Of a stretch of 64,000 bases of DNA, positions 30,588-39,310 are shown piece by piece. The notes beneath the pieces were generated by a model, which saw nothing but the letters and a program-made list of their open reading frames with translations, did no database searches and was not told the DNA's origin. Within the stretch, counting starts at the first letter, position 1, and each line of letters begins with the position of its first letter. The stretch is from Candidatus Hadarchaeales archaeon (GTDB lineage Archaea; Hadarchaeota; Hadarchaeia; Hadarchaeales; Hadarchaeaceae): contig JAWBCC010000001.1 in assembly GCA_038823825.1 (NCBI GenBank), positions 133,842 to 197,841 of the forward strand. Direction: 5' to 3'. Made by a program: the position numbers and the translations under genes.

Positions 30588-30740
30588 ATGAGAAAAGATA
30601 TTCTCAGTTGTCCGAGGTGCGGTTTCACGTTCAGCAGATCTTATGCTAGGATAACATCTTGTAGCGGTTGTCCGACCTCAGTATCTGGTTGTCCAATGAT
30701 AAAGTGTCCAAAGTGCGGGCATGAGTTTAGGGTGACATAA
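30588..30740 (+). CDS. Small (50 aa) Cys-rich zinc-ribbon protein, not in the supplied ORF track because it is under 60 aa. It is translationally coupled to the downstream radical SAM gene by a TAATG stop/start overlap
   Basis: Manual translation gives MRKDILSCPRCGFTFSRSYARITSCSGCPTSVSGCPMIKCPKCGHEFRVT with 7 Cys, including three CPxCG / CxGCP-type knuckles. An AT-rich promoter-like stretch lies upstream, and its stop TAA overlaps the ATG of the next gene. Confidence 0.45.
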   Translation: MRKDILSCPRCGFTFSRSYARITSCSGCPTSVSGCPMIKCPKCGHEFRVT

Positions 30741-31765
30741 TGAAGGTTGAAGCGAAATTCTGGGAGAAAATGTCCGGAAAGAAAGTCCGATGTTTTCTCT
30801 GTGCGAGAAGATGCGAGATTGCAGATGGGAAAACAGGCGTGTGCAGGGCGAGAATAAACGAGGATGGAAAGATGTTCTCGCTCGTTTACGGCTCGATCGT
30901 CTCGATGGCCGTAGATCCGATAGAGAAAAAACCGCTTTATCATTTTTGGCCCGGAAGCGATGTCTTTTCAATAGCGGCTCCCGGCTGCAACTTCTTCTGC
31001 AAGCACTGTCAGAACTGGGAAATTTCGCAGGCCAGCATATTCGACATTCCATGTGAGGAGATTCCTCCAGAGAGGCTCGTTGACATGACAGAGGAAAGCG
31101 GTTCTTCCGGTATCGCTCATACTTACACGGAGCCAACGCTTTGGTCTGAGTACGCGATCGATGTCGGGAAAATCGCTCACAAGAGAAATCTTTACAACGT
31201 TTATGTTACGAACGGCTTCATGACGATTGAAGCTCTGGAAGAAATAGGTAAATACATCGACGCTGCAAACGTCGATGTAAAAGCCTTTTCTGAAGATTTT
31301 TACCGCAGGATTTGTGGGGTTACAAGCATACAACCTGTGCTCGAATCTTGCGAATGGATGGTCGAACATGGGGTTCATCTTGAGATCACATATCTCATAA
31401 TTCCGGGAGAAAATGATGGACGTGAAGAGATAGAAAAATTCAGCAGATGGGTGGTTGAAAAACTCGGCGAAAATGTGCCGGTTCACTTCAGCAGATTTTA
31501 TCCACACTTCAAAATGACGGACAAACCCCCAACACCGGTGGAGACGCTAGAGATGGCCGTTGAAATCGCGAGGAAAGCCGGTGTGAAGTTCGTGTACATC
31601 GGAAATGTTCCGGGCCACGAGTTCGACAACACATACTGTCCAAGCTGTGGAGGTCTGCTAATCGAGAGGCGCGGCTTCTACATAACCGAGTATAGAGTGA
31701 GAAACGGAAAGTGTCCGGACTGCGGGGAAAAAATCCCGATCGTTGGAAGATATTTAAAACGATGA
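30740..31765 (+). CDS. AmmeMemoRadiSam-system-type radical SAM enzyme (PflA-like activating-enzyme family)
   Basis: N-terminal Cys cluster CFLCARRC..GVC; radical SAM CNFFCKHCQNWEIS (CxxxCxxC); ..DPIEKKPLYHFWPGS.. signature of the AmmeMemoRadiSam family; a C-terminal CPSCGG..CPDCGE zinc ribbon. Confidence 0.8.
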   Translation: MKVEAKFWEKMSGKKVRCFLCARRCEIADGKTGVCRARINEDGKMFSLVYGSIVSMAVDPIEKKPLYHFWPGSDVFSIAAPGCNFFCKHCQNWEISQASIFDIPCEEIPPERLVDMTEESGSSGIAHTYTEPTLWSEYAIDVGKIAHKRNLYNVYVTNGFMTIEALEEIGKYIDAANVDVKAFSEDFYRRICGVTSIQPVLESCEWMVEHGVHLEITYLIIPGENDGREEIEKFSRWVVEKLGENVPVHFSRFYPHFKMTDKPPTPVETLEMAVEIARKAGVKFVYIGNVPGHEFDNTYCPSCGGLLIERRGFYITEYRVRNGKCPDCGEKIPIVGRYLKR

Positions 31766-31798
31766 AAAAGTTGACTTTTCTTGAGCGATGGATCTTTT

Positions 31799-33154
31799 TT
31801 ACAGTCCACTAAGGCACGACTTTAATTCTCTCATTCCGATTTCTGCCAGTTCTTTTGCTCTCTCTGGAGTCTTGGCTTCAGCAAAGCATCTGAATATCGG
31901 CTCTGTGCCGGATGGTCTGACGATGAACCATCCATCTTCGAAATCCACTCTAACACCGTCAATCGTGCATATCCTTTCTCCAGAGAATTTATTTCGGAGG
32001 ACTTCCATGACCTTTTGTTTTAGTTCATGCGGACACTCGATCCTCATCTTTACTTGGTAGTATTTCGGGAGTGTGTTGTTTAGCTCAGAAACTTTTAGAC
32101 CGCTTTCTGCCAGCTCGGCGATGAATTGGACAGCAGTCATTATTCCATCCCGACAGGGAGTCCAGTCAAAGAAAAGAACACCACCGTTTTCTTCCCCTCC
32201 GATATCTCCACCATTTCTTTTGTATTCTCCCACGATTTCCGGCTCTCCAACCTTAGTTCTCACGACGCTACCACCAAGTCTCTCCGCTACATCGTCAATA
32301 ACGGAGCTCGTTGCCACCGTGGTGATTATTTTAGGATTTCTTCTCCCGCGCAGATAGTGAAGTGCGGCAATGGCGAAGGTTCTATCGCCCATCAAAATTT
32401 CTCCATTTTCGTCCACGATCGCCGTCCTGTCAGCGTCTCCATCATGCGCGATTCCAACGTCGGCCTCACACGCCACGACTGCTTTTGACAGTTCTCCCAG
32501 ATTTTCCGGAACTGGTTCGAGTTTTCTCGCTGGAAATGTTCCATCGAGCTGGGAATTCATGGAGATAACTTCACATCCAAGATCCCTCAGGATGTATGGA
32601 GTGACCAGAGCGCCGACAGCGTTTCCGCAATCAACGACGACTTTCAGCTTTCTCTCAAATTTTGGGATTTTGGTCAGAAGATTCCGGACATAGGGCTCAA
32701 TAGCGTCGGCCGTGGAGCTTTTTCCACATTTTTCCCAGCTCACAGTTTTTCCGTTTTCCTCAACGATTTTTTCTATCTCCGTTTCGCGTTCTCTTTCGAA
32801 ACCTGCTCCGTCAGAGCCCAAGAATTTTATCCCATTGTATTCCGCCGGGTTGTGCGATGCCGTTATGATAACTCCAGCATCACAGGAGAAGTATCTGACA
32901 GCAAAAGAAAGAACGGGGGTGGGCGTTAGTCCTAGTCTGAGAACATCACAACCACCAGCCATAAGACCTGCTGCGACTGCTTGCTCGAACATCTCTCCCG
33001 AAGTTCTGTTATCTCTCCCGATCGCAACAGTTCCGGTTCCTCCCAAGTGGGTGGCTAAGGCGAGACCGAGTTTGTATGCGAGTTCTGGCGTGAGCTCACG
33101 GTTCACGATTCCTCTGACCCCAAAGGTTCCGAACAGCTTTCCCATTTCAACCAA
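31799..33154 (-). CDS. Phosphoglucomutase / phosphomannomutase (archaeal PGM/PMM, GlmM-like alpha-D-phosphohexomutase)
   Basis: GTFGVRG N-terminus, active-site serine loop TASHNPAEYNGIKF, metal-binding DGDADR and sugar-binding EENGG motifs. Confidence 0.8.
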   Translation of the reverse strand: MVEMGKLFGTFGVRGIVNRELTPELAYKLGLALATHLGGTGTVAIGRDNRTSGEMFEQAVAAGLMAGGCDVLRLGLTPTPVLSFAVRYFSCDAGVIITASHNPAEYNGIKFLGSDGAGFERERETEIEKIVEENGKTVSWEKCGKSSTADAIEPYVRNLLTKIPKFERKLKVVVDCGNAVGALVTPYILRDLGCEVISMNSQLDGTFPARKLEPVPENLGELSKAVVACEADVGIAHDGDADRTAIVDENGEILMGDRTFAIAALHYLRGRRNPKIITTVATSSVIDDVAERLGGSVVRTKVGEPEIVGEYKRNGGDIGGEENGGVLFFDWTPCRDGIMTAVQFIAELAESGLKVSELNNTLPKYYQVKMRIECPHELKQKVMEVLRNKFSGERICTIDGVRVDFEDGWFIVRPSGTEPIFRCFAEAKTPERAKELAEIGMRELKSCLSGL

Positions 33155-33211
33155 ACTACTCGCACGCAGCAGGATTAAATCCTTTATGTAAGTACTCGTT
33201 GAGATATCTTT

Positions 33212-33310
<99 letters not shown>

Positions 33311-33364
33311 TGCTCATATCAGCTCTATGGCGTTGGTCGGTCCACCAAAGATTTTCCTGTTTTT

Positions 33365-34171
33365 CTAAATCTTCCTATGCAAAATTTCAAGAGAAATCTC
33401 GGCCGCTCGCTTGCCTGAGAGGAGCATTCCCCCAAATATTGCCCCCATTCTTGGGGATCCGAAAACCGTGTTTGCAGCCATACCAGTTACAATTAATCCC
33501 GGCCATATCTCCCTAGTGTTGCTCAGCACCTCTTCTTCAGCTTTTTCAGCCCACATCGGTCCCTCTCCGATAACCACACCAGTCTTAGTAGGAAATCTAG
33601 CCTCAGGGATCTTTTTCTGCACGATTCTAGCTATTGATGCGTCATGACCCGTCGCATCTATGACAATCTTGGATTTCACCGCCACCGGGTCGACATGCAT
33701 GCCGGCAATCTGTACGGCTTTCCAGTTCAGAACGATTCCGCAGATTTTCCCCTCTTCTCGGACAACAACATCTTCCGCAGCCATCCCTACCATTATGTTT
33801 GCGCCAGCGTCTATCGCTCTGGCTGCGAGTTTGCAGATCACCTCGACCGAATCAGCAGTATACAATCCACTGCCGGCTTCCTTCATTTTGATTCCTATCT
33901 CTTCGAGAATGCTTCGGGCGCTCTCCTGCACGACAACTTTTGGAAAAAGAACTCCTCCGCCCCACATTCCTCCTCCTATGTGGAGGTTTCTCTCGAACAC
34001 CCCCACTCTGACTTTTTTCTCCGCCAGATATTTAGCCGCGGTGAGGCCAGAAGGGCCCGCTCCGACAACAGCAACATCTAGGTCGAGAAGCTTTTGAAAA
34101 TCGGACGTGAATCGCTCGAGAATCGCTTTGGTTATCGATTCCTCCTCGATGTTTTGAGCTCTTTTAAACAT
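33365..34171 (-). CDS. thi4: Thiamine thiazole synthase (archaeal Thi4 family)
   Basis: FAD/NAD Rossmann motif VAVVGAGPSGLTAAKYL, then ..HIGGGMWGGG.. and a C-terminal ..GMAANTVFGSPRMGAIFGGMLLSGKRAAE typical of Thi4. Confidence 0.85.
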   Translation of the reverse strand: MFKRAQNIEEESITKAILERFTSDFQKLLDLDVAVVGAGPSGLTAAKYLAEKKVRVGVFERNLHIGGGMWGGGVLFPKVVVQESARSILEEIGIKMKEAGSGLYTADSVEVICKLAARAIDAGANIMVGMAAEDVVVREEGKICGIVLNWKAVQIAGMHVDPVAVKSKIVIDATGHDASIARIVQKKIPEARFPTKTGVVIGEGPMWAEKAEEEVLSNTREIWPGLIVTGMAANTVFGSPRMGAIFGGMLLSGKRAAEISLEILHRKI

Positions 34172-34217
34172 TCATAACCACCCGGTAATTCTAGGATTTC
34201 CACTTCTTAATGGGTTT

Positions 34218-35075
34218 CTACTCGAAAATTATCGTTTTATTTTCGTAGACCAAGAGTCTTCTCTCGCAGTAGAGACGAACGGATTCGCTGAGAATCGTTT
34301 TTTCAAGATCTTCGCTCCTTCTCATAATGTCCGCCAGGCTGTCCTTATGAGAAATCCGGACGACGTCTTGATAGATAATGGGTCCTTCGTCTATCTCCTC
34401 TGTGACGAAGTGAACGGTTGCGCCGATGAGTTTCACACCTCTCCTGTACGCTTGTGTGAACGGGTCTTTTCCTGGAAAGGCTGGAAGGAAGGAAGGATGA
34501 ACACTTATCACTCTGTTTCTGAATTGATTGACGAAATATGACGATAAAATCTTCCCATAACGGGCTAAGACGACAAGCTCGACTTTTTCCTTCCTTAGCA
34601 GCTCCACTTGCTTTCTCTCACCTTCCTCTCTCCTTGCTGGGTCCACTGGGATGTGATAAAATGGAACACCGAACATTTTGGCCACATCGCTGGCATCCGT
34701 TTTGTCACCTATGATCAAAGGAATCTCACAGCGTAATCTACCCTCCCTCCACTTAGCCAAGAGGTCGTAAAGGCAATGGAGAAGCCTGGAGACCATGATT
34801 GCGATTCTCGGTTTCTCCGAGCTGAAGTGGATTTCCCAATCCGCCTTCAAGTCAGAAGCAAGCGGCTGAAAAGCCTCTCTAAGTCGCACTTTAGGGATTT
34901 TGAAATCTTCGAGCGTCCACTCAACCCTGGCGAAGTATCTTTTGAATTCTTCGTCGACATGCTGGTCGAAATGAATGATGTTTCCATCGTTCTGCCATAT
35001 GAAGTTAGATATTCTTGCGTCTATTCCCCGAGCGTCCGGGCACGACAGAAGGAGAATCGCCGTTTCCATCCTCAT
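34218..35075 (-). CDS. purU: Formyltetrahydrofolate deformylase (N-terminal ACT domain plus formyltransferase domain)
   Basis: N-terminal ACT-like region (ILLLSCPDARGIDARISNFI), then a formyl_trans_N region (..IAIMVS..LHCL.DLL; HPSFLPAFPG). The 285 aa length is typical of PurU. Confidence 0.75.
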   Translation of the reverse strand: MRMETAILLLSCPDARGIDARISNFIWQNDGNIIHFDQHVDEEFKRYFARVEWTLEDFKIPKVRLREAFQPLASDLKADWEIHFSSEKPRIAIMVSRLLHCLYDLLAKWREGRLRCEIPLIIGDKTDASDVAKMFGVPFYHIPVDPARREEGERKQVELLRKEKVELVVLARYGKILSSYFVNQFRNRVISVHPSFLPAFPGKDPFTQAYRRGVKLIGATVHFVTEEIDEGPIIYQDVVRISHKDSLADIMRRSEDLEKTILSESVRLYCERRLLVYENKTIIFE

Positions 35076-35162
35076 AAGCTCTCTTTCCCAGTTTTTATTA
35101 CTTGTTTAGAAATCTCCCAATTGTTTTATTTCTTTGTTTGAGAAAAATAAGGAGGTGAATCG

Positions 35163-36701
35163 TTGTCAGAGGCTGAAAAATACGCGAAGTACATGGTCCG
35201 CGGAAGCATCACAATCTTCCTATCCTTTGTTCTATCCGGTCTAGCCGCTCTGCTGATCAGGATAGTCCTGGCCAGAAATCTAACCCCAGAAGAGTATGGA
35301 ATGGTCTATGCTGCATTTTATTTCGTGAGCTTTTTTGGTTTCTTCAGGGAGCTGGGTCTGACGGCATCTCTTACGAAATATATCCCCGAGTTTCTGACAA
35401 AAAAGGATTATTCATCGATACGTGCATCCATAAAATTCGTTCTGCTTCTTCAAGTGGCCATAGTTGGTGCGGTTTCAACAGTTTTATTCTTTCTCTCACC
35501 ATACATTGCCTCAGGCTTTATCGGACAACCGGGAGCCACCCAAATTCTCCGATATTTCACGATATGGCTTTTTCTCTCCATCTTTTATTCAACTTTGCTC
35601 AGCATTTTTCAAGGCTTCCGCGATATAGCTGCGCACGGTTTACTGACGGCTGGTTTTGAAATATCAATTTTGGTTTTTCTGGTTCCCCTCCTATTTCTTT
35701 TCAATTTGGGGGCAAACGGCGCCGCTTTAGCCTATCTTTTCGGTACTCTAGTTCTCTCCGTTATATTCCTTTTTTACCTTAGACTTAAGCACGGCGAAAT
35801 ATTCTCAGTTCCCTCGGCTCAGCTCAAAATCGTTGCACGTCCTCTTCTTCTCTTTTCGATCCCGCTCGCGCTAGCGAGCATTTTCTCTATGCTCATGAGT
35901 TATATTGACACCTGGGCAGTCACCGCCTTCTGTGGCGTAGAAGAGGTTGGATACTATCAGGTTGCACAGCCGACAGCACGTCTGCTATACTATGTGGCCG
36001 GATCGATCGTTATCCCGCTTTTTCCCTTGATTTCGGAGCTCTGGGCAAAAAACGATAGGTCATTTTTGAGCGGCGTAGTTTCGTCCATATTGAGTTTTTC
36101 ATTTCTATTAATGATGCCTTTTGTTTTGGTTTTCATAGCTTTTCCAGAGGTCGTCATTCGCATCCTTTTCGGAGAAGGATATGTCGCTGGTGCACCCGTT
36201 CTTCAAATCTTCGCAGTAACTGCCTTGATATCGCTTTTATACAAAATCTTCAGCACGACAGCCGCGGGAATAGGAAAACCGAAGGCAATCTTGACCGTAG
36301 CGATCAGCATGGGTGTGGCGGCGATCGCTTTTAACATGACTTTGGTCCCTGTCTGGGGCATGAAAGGCGCAGCCTTTTCTCAGCTTATCGCTCACATGGC
36401 TGGTTTTGTCGTATACGCTGCATATTTGCGCAGATTTATAAAATTCTCTCTTCCAGTCTCCCCCATGATAAAAACAATAACTGGAAGCGTTTTTACTCTT
36501 CTGATTGTCTGGAGTCTAAAATCGATTTTGATTCTTCCAGTCTTCATTGAGACAGCGATCGTTGCGTTCGCAGGTCTGCTATTTTACCTCATCTGGATTA
36601 TTGCGACAAAGGCCTTGACAAGAGATGACATCGCTCTTCTGGTGAGAGCATTCCCAATTCCGCGGAGACTTGTTACATGGGCTGCAAGATATTTCAAATA
36701 A
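35163..36701 (+). CDS. Polysaccharide/oligosaccharide flippase (Wzx-like, MOP superfamily)
   Basis: 512 aa with about 12-14 TM helices and a polysaccharide-biosynthesis-protein family pattern. It has a TTG start preceded by a GGAGGTGA ribosome-binding-like motif and sits at the edge of the glycosylation island. Confidence 0.75.
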   Translation: MSEAEKYAKYMVRGSITIFLSFVLSGLAALLIRIVLARNLTPEEYGMVYAAFYFVSFFGFFRELGLTASLTKYIPEFLTKKDYSSIRASIKFVLLLQVAIVGAVSTVLFFLSPYIASGFIGQPGATQILRYFTIWLFLSIFYSTLLSIFQGFRDIAAHGLLTAGFEISILVFLVPLLFLFNLGANGAALAYLFGTLVLSVIFLFYLRLKHGEIFSVPSAQLKIVARPLLLFSIPLALASIFSMLMSYIDTWAVTAFCGVEEVGYYQVAQPTARLLYYVAGSIVIPLFPLISELWAKNDRSFLSGVVSSILSFSFLLMMPFVLVFIAFPEVVIRILFGEGYVAGAPVLQIFAVTALISLLYKIFSTTAAGIGKPKAILTVAISMGVAAIAFNMTLVPVWGMKGAAFSQLIAHMAGFVVYAAYLRRFIKFSLPVSPMIKTITGSVFTLLIVWSLKSILILPVFIETAIVAFAGLLFYLIWIIATKALTRDDIALLVRAFPIPRRLVTWAARYFK

Positions 36702-36704
36702 TCT

Positions 36705-37427
36705 TCAGAGAAAACCTCTTTTCATGAGTTCTTCCGCGATGATGAAGTCAAGCTCTGTGTTTATGTCAAAGGATTCCATTTCATCCATTACCAAAGCTAG
36801 GATCTCGTCCCCGGTCACGGATTTTTTCTCCCAAATGGTTTTCGGTCTTATCACGTCTATGCAGGCGTTTTGTATGTAAACCTTGGGTAAAATCTGGTAT
36901 GGTAAGCTGTGTCCATTTTTTGGTTTTTTATCAAGTGGTACGAACGATTTAAGTCTATTCCCCTCAATTACCCACATCTTGTAAGGATGTTCCTTACATA
37001 GCCTGACTGATCGAAGCGAATCCGCGTCTGGATTCTCAAGCATCATCTCTATCGCTTTATCGATTGTTGAAGGTTTAAGAAAAGGCGAGGTGGGAAATAG
37101 CTTGACCACGAGGTCCGGGATGTACCCCTCATTGTCCCGCAACCAGTTAAGGGCATGCTCTATGGCGTAAAACTCGGGGGAATCCTCTTTTGCGAATTCT
37201 TTTGGACGGTAAAATGGAACCTCTGCTCCACACTCTCTGGCAACCTTGGCAATTTCCTCGTCATCGGTTGAAACGATTATTCTGTTTATATATTTGGATT
37301 TTCTCGCAGCCTGTATTACGTAGTAAATAAGGGGCTGTCCCGCGAGCGGTCTGATGTTCTTTCTCGGAACCCTTACGGAGCCACCTCTGGCAAGAATCAG
37401 TCCCAAAATCTTCATTTCCCGAGCCAT
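36705..37427 (-). CDS. Acylneuraminate (nonulosonate) cytidylyltransferase family protein (CMP-sugar synthetase, NeuA/KdsB-like)
   Basis: ILARGGS.RVPRKN..L.G.PLI.Y.I N-terminus is typical of CTP_transf_3 (CMP-NeuAc / CMP-Kdo synthetases). About 240 aa. Confidence 0.75.
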   Translation of the reverse strand: MAREMKILGLILARGGSVRVPRKNIRPLAGQPLIYYVIQAARKSKYINRIIVSTDDEEIAKVARECGAEVPFYRPKEFAKEDSPEFYAIEHALNWLRDNEGYIPDLVVKLFPTSPFLKPSTIDKAIEMMLENPDADSLRSVRLCKEHPYKMWVIEGNRLKSFVPLDKKPKNGHSLPYQILPKVYIQNACIDVIRPKTIWEKKSVTGDEILALVMDEMESFDINTELDFIIAEELMKRGFL

Positions 37428-39310
37428 TTCTTCACCTTTTGTTTTATGCTCTCCGCATCAAGTCCAAAATAAGCCAAAATTTCTCCATTTTCTCCGGATT
37501 TCCCGTACCCTTCTATTCCTATTGTGTAGATTCTTCTGCCAAGTATTCTGTTTAGCTCTTCCGATATCCCACCTTTTGTAGAATGATTTTCTAAACAGAT
37601 CACAGTTTCAAAGTCTTCCGTCTCTCTCAGGAGCCATTCTTCGTCAATTCTGTTCAGCCAAGGTAGGTCTATTATTTTGACTTTTATCTCATCTTTTTCC
37701 AACATTTGGCGGGCAATCAGAGCCTCGGAAAGCATGGTCGGACCATAACCTATCATAACGGCATCTTTCCCATCCGCCAACTTTATTCCCTTGCCAAGTT
37801 CGAGTTTTTGTTCTTTCCATGGTATTTGCAACCTTGGAATGTTGTGCTCAAGCCTAAGGTAACTTGGCCCATCGTAATCGAAGACCAAAAACTCAAAGAT
37901 TCTTCTCAACTCCTCTTTGCATGAAGGCGCGGAGAGTAGAAGATTTGGAATGTTTCGCAGGAGGGCTATATCTCTGATTCCTTGGTGAGATTTTCCCGGT
38001 TTTGCGGGGAGGATTCCGGCGAGATGACCGACATAGATTATCTTTGAACCCTCAGAGCAGTTATTGAAAATTTGTTCATTTGCTCTGGAGGTTAGAAATG
38101 CGGCATAGGTGTTTACAATTGGAAGCTTGCCGGCGAGAGCGAGTCCACCGGCTATCGAAACCATGTCCTGTTCCGCGATTCCGACTTCCACAAACCTCTC
38201 GGGAAAGGTTATCTGGAATTCGCGCAGGCCGCAGGACTCCGCGAGATCTGCATCGAGCACGATTAACTCTTTTTTCTTTCCTCCTACATCGACCAGAATT
38301 TGTGAGAAAGCTTCGACTAGAGACTCTCCGGGTTTTGGAGGTTTTTCTGCTAAATCTGGGCGGAAGACGGGGAAAGCTATGGGAATTTTATGTCTAGCCA
38401 ACTTTTTCTTTATTCTCGTTGCAATTTCCCCCCAAGCTTTCCGATATTCTTCTCCGAAGGGGAGTTTATCGTGCCATTTGTAGAATCCCTTGCCGGACTT
38501 GAGAGCCACAGGATGTTCCATGAAAGAAACACCCTTTCCTTTTATCGTGTTGAGAATGATGGCTTTCGGTTTACCCCTTATTTTCCTTATTTTTTTCAGA
38601 ACTCTCAAGATTTTGCCAATATCATGCCCGTTTGTGACCTCAACATGCCATCCGAATGATTTCAGTTTTTCTCTGATTGGGGAGATATCGACGACTCTTT
38701 CAACAGGCATGTCGGTTTGTACATAGTTTCTATCAATGAGCAGGTAAAGGTTATCGAGTTTCCAGTGACTCGCTGAGAGAACGGCCTCCCAATTTTGTCC
38801 CTCTTGGAGTTCGCCGTCTCCAACCAGAACATAAACGGACTTCTTAACCCCATCCAGCTTTGCGCTTAAAGCAAATCCCTTCGCTTTTGATATTCCCATT
38901 CCAAGCGAACCGGTGTTTGTTTCCACTCCGGGAGCAGATATCTCGGCATGTCCCTCCAGCCCATTTAACCTTCTAAAGGTTGCCAAACGTTCTGTTGGGA
39001 AAAAGCCACAGGATGCCAATGTTGAATAAAGCGCAGCCGCGGCATGTCCCTTGGAGAGAATAAAAACATCTCGTTCGGCGTTTTTTGGATTGGTGGGGTC
39101 GATTTTCATTTCGGAGTGATATAAAACTGTCAAAATTTCTACGGCGCTGAAGGATGCTCCTATATGCCCGGATTTTGCGCAGATGATTGTGTTCAAAGCG
39201 TTTAATCTGATCATGTCTGCGATAACCGAAAGCTTCTCCTCAAGCTTCATCGTTCTGCATTTTTTGACCTCGTCAAAGTCTGATTTCTCGAAAAAGATTT
39301 TCATCCTCAA
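37412..39310 (-). CDS. Transketolase, with the N- and C-terminal halves fused in one polypeptide
   Basis: N-terminal TPP-binding region (SGHIGASFSAVEILTVLY.., GDGELQEGQNWEA), a central Pyr domain (GIAEQDMVSIAGGLAL..) and a C-terminal domain. About 630 aa. The true start is probably the internal MKLEEKL. Confidence 0.7.
   Translation of the reverse strand: MRMKIFFEKSDFDEVKKCRTMKLEEKLSVIADMIRLNALNTIICAKSGHIGASFSAVEILTVLYHSEMKIDPTNPKNAERDVFILSKGHAAAALYSTLASCGFFPTERLATFRRLNGLEGHAEISAPGVETNTGSLGMGISKAKGFALSAKLDGVKKSVYVLVGDGELQEGQNWEAVLSASHWKLDNLYLLIDRNYVQTDMPVERVVDISPIREKLKSFGWHVEVTNGHDIGKILRVLKKIRKIRGKPKAIILNTIKGKGVSFMEHPVALKSGKGFYKWHDKLPFGEEYRKAWGEIATRIKKKLARHKIPIAFPVFRPDLAEKPPKPGESLVEAFSQILVDVGGKKKELIVLDADLAESCGLREFQITFPERFVEVGIAEQDMVSIAGGLALAGKLPIVNTYAAFLTSRANEQIFNNCSEGSKIIYVGHLAGILPAKPGKSHQGIRDIALLRNIPNLLLSAPSCKEELRRIFEFLVFDYDGPSYLRLEHNIPRLQIPWKEQKLELGKGIKLADGKDAVMIGYGPTMLSEALIARQMLEKDEIKVKIIDLPWLNRIDEEWLLRETEDFETVICLENHSTKGGISEELNRILGRRIYTIGIEGYGKSGENGEILAYFGLDAESIKQKVKKWLGK

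Noticed and set aside
30588-30740. Whether the zinc-ribbon ORF is simply an unrecognised N-terminal extension of the radical SAM gene (a frameshift)
   Set aside because: It is in a different reading frame with a clean TAA stop overlapping the ATG (TAATG), and the radical SAM protein already starts with its own complete N-terminal Cys cluster. It is therefore treated as a separate, coupled ORF, though translation remains unproven.
37412-39310. DXS (1-deoxy-D-xylulose-5-phosphate synthase) as an alternative call for the 632 aa TPP enzyme
   Set aside because: The N-terminal motif pattern (SGHIGASFSAVEIL..., GDGELQEG) and domain spacing fit fused transketolase better than the DXS GHSSTSIS pattern. 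It is kept as transketolase with moderate confidence.
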